The translations under genes and the position numbers were made by a program. 64,000 nt of DNA from a virus (lineage: Duplodnaviria > Caudoviricetes), in the IMG/VR virus record IMGVR_UViG_3300011560_000001, positions 1 through 64,000 of that record, one strand, 5' to 3'. Below, piece by piece: positions 1 through 9,150 of the stretch (position 1 is its first letter; each line of letters starts with the position of its first letter). The notes under the pieces were generated by a model that was given only the letters and a program-made list of their open reading frames with translations, was not told the DNA's origin and did no database searches.

Positions 1-191
1 GCGGTTTACAGAAGGTAGCCGATACGGCATTTCTTCAACGTGTGGAACTGTTCGATATGACGACCGTCCTTGTCATCGGCGCTAACCCTGCCGCTAAGGT
101 TTGTAAACTTACCCACACGGTAAATCCCGACGGTAAGCATTGCTTTACAAGCGAACTCGTTTCGACAGTCGCACGTATTAATTTCATTTGA
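1..191 (+). CDS. 3' end of a hypothetical protein (partial, runs in from outside the window)
   Basis: Frame 3 is open from the window edge (GLQKVADTAF...VARINFI) to TGA at 189-191, directly followed by the AAGGAG RBS of the next gene. Confidence 0.55.
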   Translation, partial: GLQKVADTAFLQRVELFDMTTVLVIGANPAAKVCKLTHTVNPDGKHCFTSELVSTVARINFI

Positions 192-201
192 AGGAGCATC
201 A

Positions 202-651
202 ATGATGACTTTCTCTATCAAAGACGCAGTGAAAAACATCCGTGACCATTATTCACCTAACCATGACGTAACAAATAAACTAAGACTTACAGCAAAATGT
301 ATTTTCGAGATCCTTGAAACCTCATTACAGGATACCACGATGTGGGTATCGCGAGACGAAGGAGATCGCGACATCTGTCAGCTGGACGTCACCCCGACTA
401 ACCAATATGCCGACCTTCTGGATAAGTTGGTCATACGCCTCTATGAAGATTCAATAACCATCGATGTCTTCTTCCCTTCTGATTACACCAGTGAAGACTT
501 AATACGTTATATGGATCTCTTTACTCAGCTCGTTCGAGACAAAACTATGCATTATGATTTCCCTATCTCGCTTGTCGTCCATACAACAGACCGTTACGTC
601 GCCTACGGCATTGAATATAAACCGGACGATAACCCCACCAACAATAATTAA
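202..651 (+). CDS. hypothetical protein (149 aa)
   Basis: AAGGAG RBS upstream; followed by a GC-rich hairpin terminator; no recognised motif. Confidence 0.7.
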   Translation: MMTFSIKDAVKNIRDHYSPNHDVTNKLRLTAKCIFEILETSLQDTTMWVSRDEGDRDICQLDVTPTNQYADLLDKLVIRLYEDSITIDVFFPSDYTSEDLIRYMDLFTQLVRDKTMHYDFPISLVVHTTDRYVAYGIEYKPDDNPTNNN

Positions 652-669
652 AAACACATAAAACCTCCA

Positions 670-723
670 CCCCTCCCTCCGGCTTCCGCCAGGGGGAGGG
701 GCTTCGCATGCGTTTTCTTTTTT
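670..723. terminator. bidirectional hairpin terminator between convergent genes
   Basis: CCCCTCCCTCC-GGC-TTCC-GCC-AGGGGGAGGGG hairpin followed by a T-rich tract; lies between the 651 stop (+) and the 750 stop (-). Confidence 0.7.
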
Positions 724-749
724 GTTAAACGAGGATCAACATACTTGAT

Positions 750-1004
750 TCATTCGATGGTCCGCGCTTCCCCTTTTGGACGCGTTGCATCGAAATGTTC
801 TAAGAGTTCGAACATCGATGGTGCTTTATAAACGATTCTACAGAAGTCTACCGCGTTCGTTTTACCTCCGGTAATAAAGTTGATACCTAGCTTCCTGAAT
901 TGATAGTCAGAGACGCCCTCAATGCGTGAGAGCTCACGAAAAACACACGCCCTGGATAGATTGAGCAGGATCTGCCCGTTTGGATAACTTGAAGATATAT
1001 CGAG
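750..1004 (-). CDS. exon 2 of the split family-B DNA polymerase exonuclease/motif-A subunit (84 aa)
   Basis: Manual translation LDISSSYPNGQILLNLS...ARTIE*. It has no start codon. Joined to exon 1 (...LFVAD) it restores Pol B motif A (D-x-x-S-x-Y-P). It is preceded by a G, the group I omega-G. Confidence 0.9.
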   Translation of the reverse strand, partial: LDISSSYPNGQILLNLSRACVFRELSRIEGVSDYQFRKLGINFITGGKTNAVDFCRIVYKAPSMFELLEHFDATRPKGEARTIE

Positions 1005-2766
1005 CTCTTACGATGGTTCAGTAATTTCTATACATGAACGCAACGAAAAATAGACCATATCTTAGCCTGTCTTAGATTTGCATTAGCAAACCGAACGGTG
1101 TGTCTACAACACCTCGACTGACTTCTCCCTTTTCAGAGAACATCCTATTTCTCCTACTCCGCGCAACCGGATGGTCGTTGAACGTTACCCGTAGCCTGTC
1201 CGTGTTAACCACGCCAACTCATCGAGTCAGTCACGACAGTCCGTAGGGTCTTCGCTGCTACGGTTACCTTATTTTTATCTTCTACCCTTAGTACCACTGT
1301 CGCCTTTCGCTATCCAAGAAAGCAGTGGCTTTTATTGCAACATAGGTAATCCCCTCCAACTTTTTTCTGTCTTTCGACAACCATCACGTTTACCCTTTCG
1401 GATTGCGTTGTGGTGTGGAGGGGCATTAAAGGTTTCCAGCAATTAAAGAGAGTTCACCCACTCATTACAAGTAGGGGGACCTGTTATCGTTCTAATGGAA
1501 CATTAAATACACGCTTCTTCTTAGGAACTAATTTATTAACATCGAAATCAGGCATAGCGGCAATATCATCGGCATAACGAAAACACCAAGGCTGTTTCGT
1601 AGGTACTGCACGACGATCGCAATGACGTCTTACGGTAATCCAGGAGATTCCTAACGCATTTGCGGCAGCAGTTACTGATGGAAACACATGTCGTTCGTTC
1701 GTCTCTTTATTAATAGCGAGAATACCGCGACCATCAGTGTCCTCGACACGACGATCTTCTCCAAGTTTCCACTCCGGCCAAGGCGTATTGTCCGTGGCAA
1801 ACTTGATGTATAAATCGCATTCTGGGATACGTTTCGGAGGATTGTTTACCCACCATTTGAAACGTCCTTTCGGCACGTACGGATAAGCACGTTCCGCTTC
1901 TGCGATACTATTAAAACGACGTTCGATTCGTGCACGGTAATCATAAACCAAAACGGGTTTTGACGTACCTATACACAACCCTGCCATACGAGCATGTTGA
2001 TTGTTCTCAGCATATGTCGCCCATTCGAGGTTGTCAAACCAATCGTCACCTTTAATTCCGTTTTTATGATTTACGGTTAAGTTCACAACGTTAGCATCAT
2101 ATCTCGTAAACGCTAACATGATAGCTCGGTGACGATACAACTGCGGTGTAAACCCACTGTCGGGAACCACTTTACGATAAGCGTATCCGCCAAGACGTGT
2201 GCCTTGCTGAACCGTTTTCGTCCACGTGATAGGATCCAACGAAAGAAGACTAATACAATGTCCTTCTTTATTTATCGCGTAACGAGATGCAAACGGAATA
2301 TAACAATAACCTTCGAATCCCTCAACTTCTAACGGCCCATTACGGAAACGGTAGATGTGATTGCTATACGAAAAGTTAGTCGGATCTCCGTCCACAAACA
2401 ACGATTCAATTTCATCGTAAAGATGGTCTGGTAAAACAACCCGTTCGAGAGCAGTGAGAACGATCATGCCGAGATCGTATTTTCCAACGCCTCTATACCA
2501 ATCGATTTCAACATAAGGGACACCATCTACAACTTCGTAAGGGACGACCCTATCTTCTTTATAGTCGTACAACTCGCCATCTTCAAATATACGATAACGA
2601 CGATTGGTATACGGTAAATAAGCTGAATCTCGATAGTCAATAGTTCCAGTTTGAGTATGTATAGATTTTTCCATCTCGTAAACCTCATGTAACATCTAGA
2701 TGTATCGGCCTCTCTTATACCACACACGATTCTTACATGAAGTAAACTTTTACAGAACGAAGGTTA
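1005..2766 (-). mobile_element. group I self-splicing intron (1762 nt) with a homing endonuclease ORF near its 5' end
   Basis: The 5' exon ends in U (GAU|) and the intron ends in G. Core elements (minus strand): P AAUUGCUGGAAA (1433-1444), Q-like CGUAGCAGCGAAG, R GUUCAACGACCA (1172-1183), S AAGAUAUGGUCU (1052-1063). P7 GACCAU/AUGGUC is complementary; P3 is CUCUCUUU/AAAGGGAG; P2 hairpin CCUACUU-GUAAU-GAGUGGG follows the ORF stop. Confidence 0.93.
1484..2695 (-). CDS. intron-encoded HNH homing endonuclease (tandem NUMOD4-HNH, C-terminal NUMOD1/IENR1-like repeats)
   Basis: Intact HNH_3 motif TVNHKNGIKGDDWFDNLEWATYAENNQH; degenerate first HNH (LFVDGDPTNFSYSNH); NUMOD4-like Y-x-I-x-x-x-G segments; NUMOD1-like FNSIAEAER and FPSVTAAANALGI. 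Confidence 0.92.
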   Translation of the reverse strand: MLHEVYEMEKSIHTQTGTIDYRDSAYLPYTNRRYRIFEDGELYDYKEDRVVPYEVVDGVPYVEIDWYRGVGKYDLGMIVLTALERVVLPDHLYDEIESLFVDGDPTNFSYSNHIYRFRNGPLEVEGFEGYCYIPFASRYAINKEGHCISLLSLDPITWTKTVQQGTRLGGYAYRKVVPDSGFTPQLYRHRAIMLAFTRYDANVVNLTVNHKNGIKGDDWFDNLEWATYAENNQHARMAGLCIGTSKPVLVYDYRARIERRFNSIAEAERAYPYVPKGRFKWWVNNPPKRIPECDLYIKFATDNTPWPEWKLGEDRRVEDTDGRGILAINKETNERHVFPSVTAAANALGISWITVRRHCDRRAVPTKQPWCFRYADDIAAMPDFDVNKLVPKKKRVFNVPLER

Positions 2767-4263
2767 ATCCGCAACAAATAATCTAATATAGCTCCTCAGG
2801 TTCGGCATATCCCAGAATAGATGAATGCCGTTGTCCGCCATGAGATCGCATGGTAATGTGACGATATGTCCGGTTCGTGAGATAACCCACTTATCTTCTT
2901 CCTGGGTCATGTCGTCGGCAGTGCAGCCCATGACTTCCCCACGGTTAAGATAAACGAAGAAGAGTTTATCGCAGATACGTTTAGGGTTAGAACTGAAATC
3001 TTTCAAATCCGACGCCGCTAAACGAATAGGGATGGTCATCGAATAGTCTTTTGTTTTCTGGTCCAACGCTTCGATGCCCTGGTTATCCCAAAGGTTATAT
3101 ACACCGTAGTCGATTTGGTGGTTCGTTTGCATCTCTTCGTGCCAGGCGAGCTCCGTGAACCCTTCTGTACCAGGAATTGCTTTTAATTTCGTATGGCATT
3201 TATTTCGCTCTAATACCGCATCGAGTGAATAGCGTCCCTCATCCGGTCTTCCTAAACGAACGAACTTATAACCACACATCGCATCCATAACCTGATACGT
3301 GGCCATCGTATAAAACATCGGCCAGGTTTGCTCAAGGGTAAGGTTGGTTTTACGACCTGAAGCAGATACCTTGTCGGTCTTCGGTGGTACCCAGCGAGCA
3401 ATACGATACTTAGGTGGTACACGAGGATCGGAGAAAACATCCTCAGGACGATACCCTTCCTCGTTCAGCGCCTGGAGCATGCGCGGAATATCGAACGCGA
3501 TATTCCAGCCAAGGAGATAATCCGGCTGCCATTCGTGAACCTTTTGCATGCATTGGATAACCGCTTGCGCTGGGCTTTCTACGATTCGCACATCGTACTG
3601 ATATTTTTCGAACGCGTGAGGATCTTCTTTGGTGTTCAGACGTTCGGCCAGGTAATATCGAATCTTCTCATGGGTTTTCTCAATCGCATTCGGAATATGG
3701 CCAACGAAGTCCTTGGTATAGCAAAGGATCGCATTGTATCCCATTGTAATAGACATACAAACGATCTTACCATGTCCGTGGACAACGTCGGTTTCGATAT
3801 CGAAACATGCAATGGAAGCGGGTAATTTATCGACGTATTCCGGCCATTTTGTATTGTATTGGGTTTTTAAATAACAGCTAGCGCTAACGTCCGTACCATA
3901 GAGGTATGGACTCCGGGCGAGCTGTTGTAAACGGGTGTTATCATCAGCACGTCTTTTATAAAGCACCGAACTGATCTTTTCAACCAGTTCGCTTTGGCGG
4001 ACATCGTAGCGACGCACATGCGAGAGCTTCTCGCTTTCCTTTTTATATTTGTTCTTGCGTTTACTCTCTACCGTCACCCAAAACGGACGTTTGTAATTCT
4101 CGAAGAAGCGAAGGTTCGTCGCTTGCGTATTATCATCAAAGAACATGATCTCTTTTGCGATCATGAGGTCGTTCTTACTACCATCGTTCGCTTCGTTATA
4201 GCTGATGTGTCGACATTGAATACCGAGCAGTTTCTTCTTAGGTTTTCGTTCTTGTTCGCTCAT
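2767..4263 (-). CDS. exon 1 of the split family-B DNA polymerase: 3'-5' exonuclease subunit (phiKZ gp82-like); spliced product about 583 aa
   Basis: ExoI CFDIETD, ExoII GWNIAFDIP, YSLDAV and ExoIII YNLWD motifs. The ORF stops at VAD, immediately before motif A, where the intron begins. Confidence 0.9.
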
Positions 4264-4484
4264 GGCTTGATAAACTCGTAATAAGTGTTAAAAGGTGATT
4301 TTCTATATCATCCTCACGTTCTGTTGTTTTTAACCGACCACTCTTATCGCTTGGGGTGTGAATGGTAATGCTACACTCAAAAGGTATTTCTATGAATGCC
4401 GTTGCATAGCAACGAACACATTGTGATTGGTGCGGCCAGCCGATCCATTAGCCCTTAAATTTACGTAAATTTAGAGAGTGTATA

Positions 4485-5795
4485 ATGTCATTACTACAAC
4501 GCGTGTATGGTCATGACGAGTTAACGATGGAGGCCATCAAGTTTCAGGATGGTTCCTTGTTCAAGGAAATGACCGAGTTCTTCAGAAGCAAACAAGGACT
4601 GGATAAAAAAGAGGTTTTAAACGTTTTCAAGGACGGTCATTTAACCGAGATGGTTAAACGCTATACGGGGTTGAACATCGAATTCTCGGTTGACGTAAAG
4701 ATGGGTCAGATGAATGCCTACGTGTACCCGCCGGATATTTCGACAAACAACACGATCCTGGCCGACTATCATCGATTATGGATGCGCGGTGCCGATGGTG
4801 TCACACTCCTTAAGAAGATTAAAGATACGCCTGTTGGTTATGTCGATTTAGAAAAAGGTCGTGTTTACGGTATCTTTGAGGAATTGAAGATTCGTTCCGC
4901 CATCACGTATGAATTGCTAACAGCGACAGAACCATTTATTCCGGAAGAAAAAGCAGCCATAATGCTGCACGAAATCGGGCATGCGTTTACTTTCCTTGAA
5001 ACATTATCGGAAACGGTGCGTGTCGAAGCCTCAATCATGACTGTACAGCGTGAGCTGCTGGGGACAACCGATAAGGTAAAACGTATCGAACTGGCTAAAG
5101 CGTTAAACAAAACGCTGGATACCAACGTCGACGTAAACAAAATCAGTGATTCAGACGATGGTAGTGTCTGGTACACGGTTTACGTGTCTAACAAAGCGAT
5201 GCAGTTAAGAAACGTAAACAACGCTGGACGATATACCGACGTTGCTTCCGAATTCATGGCTGATCAGTTCGCTACGCGGCACGGTAGCGGGGAGTATCTC
5301 GTTAGCGGGCTTGCTAAAATGTTTCGGCTTTATGGCACCAACTCCATGAAGTCCAAAACGATGTTCTGGCTCTCCTTCATTATGTATGCTACTATAGCTT
5401 CTATGATGGCGATAGGTTTAGCTTCTGTCGGTGCTATCGGCGTGTTGGTTGTTGTCGCTGTAACCGCGCTTTCTGTTTGGTTGGATCCGACATACAGCAT
5501 TTACGATAATGACATGGAACGATTCCGTAAAATCAAACAAGATTTAATCATACGTCTGAAAGATCGTGATGTTCCAAGCGATGTTCGTTCCATGACGTTG
5601 GATACCATCAAAACAATCGATGAAACGCTGAGTGTGATGAACAATAATCGTACCTTTTCACAGATGGTTACGCTTATCCTTCGTCCTGGGGTTCGTAAAG
5701 CCGTTAAACAGGAAGAAATTCAGCAAGTCCTTTCTTCTACAATGAACAGCGATCTGTTCAAAACAGCAGCGACTCTTGATTCCATTATCGCCTAA
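4485..5795 (+). CDS. virion head protein with an M48/zincin-like metallopeptidase motif and a hydrophobic hairpin
   Basis: HEIGH motif, downstream EFMADQFA, two hydrophobic segments (FWLSFIMY...LSVWL), N-terminal LTME|A processing-like site; first gene of the head-protein block. Confidence 0.7.
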   Translation: MSLLQRVYGHDELTMEAIKFQDGSLFKEMTEFFRSKQGLDKKEVLNVFKDGHLTEMVKRYTGLNIEFSVDVKMGQMNAYVYPPDISTNNTILADYHRLWMRGADGVTLLKKIKDTPVGYVDLEKGRVYGIFEELKIRSAITYELLTATEPFIPEEKAAIMLHEIGHAFTFLETLSETVRVEASIMTVQRELLGTTDKVKRIELAKALNKTLDTNVDVNKISDSDDGSVWYTVYVSNKAMQLRNVNNAGRYTDVASEFMADQFATRHGSGEYLVSGLAKMFRLYGTNSMKSKTMFWLSFIMYATIASMMAIGLASVGAIGVLVVVAVTALSVWLDPTYSIYDNDMERFRKIKQDLIIRLKDRDVPSDVRSMTLDTIKTIDETLSVMNNNRTFSQMVTLILRPGVRKAVKQEEIQQVLSSTMNSDLFKTAATLDSIIA

Positions 5796-5827
5796 TCTCT
5801 TCTATTTTTACTGTAAAGGAATTTAAC

Positions 5828-6268
5828 ATGAATATTTCTGATTTCGCCGTTCAGCTGAAAGACCTGGTTCGTGATTTCCCGGCCGAACAACAGACCCGCG
5901 CATTAAGTATTGCCGCAGGTTACATTGCTGGCTACAGCATGCCGGTATTCGCTGAAAAAGAAGATCTGACTGCAGATAGCATTTTCGTTCGTGAACATCT
6001 CCCTAAAATCCGTGAAGGGCTGGATAAGCTGAACAAGGTACTGGTTATCGGGCTGGCTGATGCGTTAGACGTTGCTCGCTACTTCTGGTGCCTGCGTTAC
6101 CGCATGGTGCATGAGCCAACCGCACCTGAAACCATGCTGTTATTAGCAGCTGCTGTTCGTGACCAAGAAACCGCAGGGCTGCCTGACGTTATCGAAGGCG
6201 TTGATCCGAAACTGGTTGCGCAACTCGCAACGGCTTTCGCTAACGCACTGCAAGGAGAGAATGCATGA
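5828..6268 (+). CDS. small virion structural protein (putative)
   Basis: AAGGA RBS; biased codons; ATGA overlap with the next gene; lies in the head block. Confidence 0.65.
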   Translation: MNISDFAVQLKDLVRDFPAEQQTRALSIAAGYIAGYSMPVFAEKEDLTADSIFVREHLPKIREGLDKLNKVLVIGLADALDVARYFWCLRYRMVHEPTAPETMLLLAAAVRDQETAGLPDVIEGVDPKLVAQLATAFANALQGENA

Positions 6269-9069
6269 GTATCCCAGTTATTACCCCAGACCACAACGAA
6301 TTCGGTTTAGCAACCGATTACGGAGTGGTTGAAATGCGTCACGGTATGCTCATGGCATTCCCTGACGAAGACATCCAAACCAGTGACGGTTCAAGCGTCG
6401 TTACCACCGAAGATCAAGAACTGGTTTCATTTGACGTTAACGAATTCGTAGCCTCTGGTGAAGAAAACGTTCGTCTTCACGAGCAACTAACAACGCGTGG
6501 TATTTCTCGCGCCGATGTACCCGAACTGCGTATGCGTCTTGGTGATGCGTTCCCGAAACAACTACCGGATGCTTTCTTCACCGAAATCCCATCACGTAAC
6601 GGCGTTGAGTTGGTACAGGAAGGATTCGTTGCCAAGGTCTCTAAACTGTTTGTCGATGGTGCGAAGAAAGTCTGGGAACTCATTAAGCGTATCTGGACAT
6701 TCGTCTTCGAATTCTTTAAGAAGACGCTACAGAAAATCTGGAAACATTACGGCGGCACAAATAAATTTATCGCTACCACAGACGACATCATCCAAGAAGT
6801 CATCGATGCGTTAGGTGCAGATTATCCACGTTTCAAAGAAATGTTGGATAAAGAGATGACGGTTAACGACATCTACAACGAACTTGCGGGATACAGCAGT
6901 GCGATTAACCTTAAGGAAATCGCTGACAAAAATCTGAAAGAAAAGGCTAAAGCAACCGCTGAATGGCTTATGCGGATGGTTCCTTTTGTCATTGAAAAAC
7001 AAAAGGTATTTGCTGATCTTGTCGCACAAATGAGTCATAATGGCGGCACTTTCCTTGACTTAGGTACTACCTTAAAAGACATCGACCGTTTCCGTGGTGA
7101 CCTCCAGAAACACTGGGACACCCCAGAATGTGTTGGCGCACTTCACGCGATTGTCCCGCTGATTTCAGATCGCGTCCAGGTGGTTGCCGCTGCTGATATC
7201 GTGGAAGAATGGGTACGAAAACATCAAACCGAGCTCCACGATGAAAACACCATCCGCGACAGCAAGGAAGCTTGGATCCGCGAACTCCACGATAAGATGC
7301 ATGAACTCGCTGAACCGTTCACCGCGTTTAATGACATTAAGTTCGAAAAGACGCTGAAAGAAGCAGAACAGGTCTTCAAGGCAACAAAGGAAATGAATCC
7401 AACAGCCAATATTCAGAGTGGTGATATTGAGCTGTATGAAACATACATGAAGTTAACCTACCAAACGTTGTTCGCTTATAGCCGTTTGATCTCGGCGATG
7501 TCACGTTGGTTAATGGATATCCAACTCGCTCACATTCAGGTAGAACAGCTCGTTGCGCGCTATCGCGCTTTCGAACTCAAGAACCATTTCATTGTCCTCG
7601 AACGTGACGATGAGTGGAAAGCTATCTATAACGCGTTGAAGGCAAGAGCGGTAAAACCCTTGAATGACTACAAAGAGAAATTCAAGGAAAAAATGGATAA
7701 GCAAAAAGAAGATGCGAAGACACTCGATCCTGCTAAGAAAGAGGCGCTTGCCAAGATGGTTGTCGATTTCTTTAAGTTCGAAAGTTTTGAAGACGACGTA
7801 TCCGGCTGCGCTTATTTGACCGAAACAGACCGTCAAGCACGTAAAGATCTTGTTGAGATTGACGAAGCCATCTATCGGACTTCGCATCGTGGTGAGATCA
7901 GCAAACCAGATGAGCAGATCTATCTGGAGCTGCGTGAACGATATATGCCGGACCAGGCGTTAGAGCCGACCATGGAATCGTTCGGTATCATGAAGATGGC
8001 TGTTATCGGTGTCATCATCACGACGGCCTATACCGCGATTCGTCGTCTGTTGCTCTGGATTATTGAACTCTTGAAGAAACGTGCTGATAGCGTAGCGGCC
8101 ACCGAAAAAGCGGCCAACGACGCCATCAAGCAGGCGAAACGTAACGCGAACGTTTATGTTCCTGATGAGAACGTTCGTAAAGAGGTTGATAAAACCGAGG
8201 ATACTGACGCGATGCGTGACGTTGTTGGTGCGCCCAGCAAGTCGGTCTCTGACGTTCCATTAACGACAGAACAGAAACTTTCGGCTGTTTCTGCGATTGT
8301 TGATGGTATCCGTAAGGAGATGGTGACCTTACCGGTGTTCGATCGTCTTCAGCAAGCGTGTACGTCTTTAACGTTAGGTTATTTCCAGGAAGGTAAGCTG
8401 GATACTATTCTTCGTGAGATGCGTCGTCTGCGTCCCGATCGTATCGTGTATCTGAATGACCAGTGCAAAGAACTCGAAGGGGCGTTAGAAGACCAGAAAC
8501 GCGCTAAAGAAGGTGAGATTGCTCCGCGTCTGGCTAACCTGGCTGGTACCATGCAACAGGGTATGGAAGCGTACCGGATGCTGTATGATAATTCGCTGAC
8601 TTTCCGTTTCAACGAGTTAACAACGTCTGCGCACTTACCGCCGAAGGACTTCGCGGAATTCGGTGAGAAGGTACTGCAAAGCGGTACTCCTGTGTATCCG
8701 GACACCAACGTACTTCAGCAGTTAGCGGCCGCACTTGACGGCAACAGCTATCTGTTATTTACCCGTTCTGGTGATGAATTCAGCAAACTTGCCGACAGTA
8801 AGTTTAAAGAAATCGAAACACAGTTCCGCCGTTTAAATGACGTTGCTCGCCAGGTGAAAGCCATCCCGCAAGAAAACGCAACCGAGCTTCGCTCAACCGT
8901 TGATTATATCAACGTACAGATTCGTGAAATCGCTGCGTGGTATAGCTTCGAAGAAGCCTTGCGTTCACGGGTGGATGGGTTAGTGACTGCGTATCGTGAT
9001 TATGTTTTCGCAGAAGCAAAACTGATCAACGAGAAACTACAGAAAGCTGGTTTCGGTAAATTAGCGTAA
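6265..9069 (+). CDS. internal head/ejection protein, multi-module (934 aa)
   Basis: LVQE|GF, KFE|SF and TME|SF sites; the first and last are followed by amphipathic or hydrophobic helices. Confidence 0.7.
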   Translation: MSIPVITPDHNEFGLATDYGVVEMRHGMLMAFPDEDIQTSDGSSVVTTEDQELVSFDVNEFVASGEENVRLHEQLTTRGISRADVPELRMRLGDAFPKQLPDAFFTEIPSRNGVELVQEGFVAKVSKLFVDGAKKVWELIKRIWTFVFEFFKKTLQKIWKHYGGTNKFIATTDDIIQEVIDALGADYPRFKEMLDKEMTVNDIYNELAGYSSAINLKEIADKNLKEKAKATAEWLMRMVPFVIEKQKVFADLVAQMSHNGGTFLDLGTTLKDIDRFRGDLQKHWDTPECVGALHAIVPLISDRVQVVAAADIVEEWVRKHQTELHDENTIRDSKEAWIRELHDKMHELAEPFTAFNDIKFEKTLKEAEQVFKATKEMNPTANIQSGDIELYETYMKLTYQTLFAYSRLISAMSRWLMDIQLAHIQVEQLVARYRAFELKNHFIVLERDDEWKAIYNALKARAVKPLNDYKEKFKEKMDKQKEDAKTLDPAKKEALAKMVVDFFKFESFEDDVSGCAYLTETDRQARKDLVEIDEAIYRTSHRGEISKPDEQIYLELRERYMPDQALEPTMESFGIMKMAVIGVIITTAYTAIRRLLLWIIELLKKRADSVAATEKAANDAIKQAKRNANVYVPDENVRKEVDKTEDTDAMRDVVGAPSKSVSDVPLTTEQKLSAVSAIVDGIRKEMVTLPVFDRLQQACTSLTLGYFQEGKLDTILREMRRLRPDRIVYLNDQCKELEGALEDQKRAKEGEIAPRLANLAGTMQQGMEAYRMLYDNSLTFRFNELTTSAHLPPKDFAEFGEKVLQSGTPVYPDTNVLQQLAAALDGNSYLLFTRSGDEFSKLADSKFKEIETQFRRLNDVARQVKAIPQENATELRSTVDYINVQIREIAAWYSFEEALRSRVDGLVTAYRDYVFAEAKLINEKLQKAGFGKLA

Positions 9070-9104
9070 TCATGCGTACCTTATAACCGTACGCGTTGTT
9101 CAAC

Positions 9105-9135
9105 CCTAGGTGGAGGCCAATAACCTCCACCTAGG
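9105..9135. promoter_or_regulatory. perfect 12-bp intergenic hairpin without a U-tract (processing, stability or partial termination)
   Basis: CCTAGGTGGAGG-CCAATAA-CCTCCACCTAGG between co-directional head genes. Confidence 0.55.
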
Positions 9136-9150
9136 TCAACGGAGTGTTTT

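Noticed and set aside
2714-2722. Extended -10-like TGGTATAAG upstream of the homing endonuclease
   Set aside because: Too close to the GAGG RBS (a transcript would start past it for the first ATG), and host-type promoters are not otherwise evident.
2764-4263. DNA polymerase gene looks truncated or pseudogenised
   Set aside because: The stop is the first three bases of a group I intron; exon 2 at 750-1004 restores the frame.
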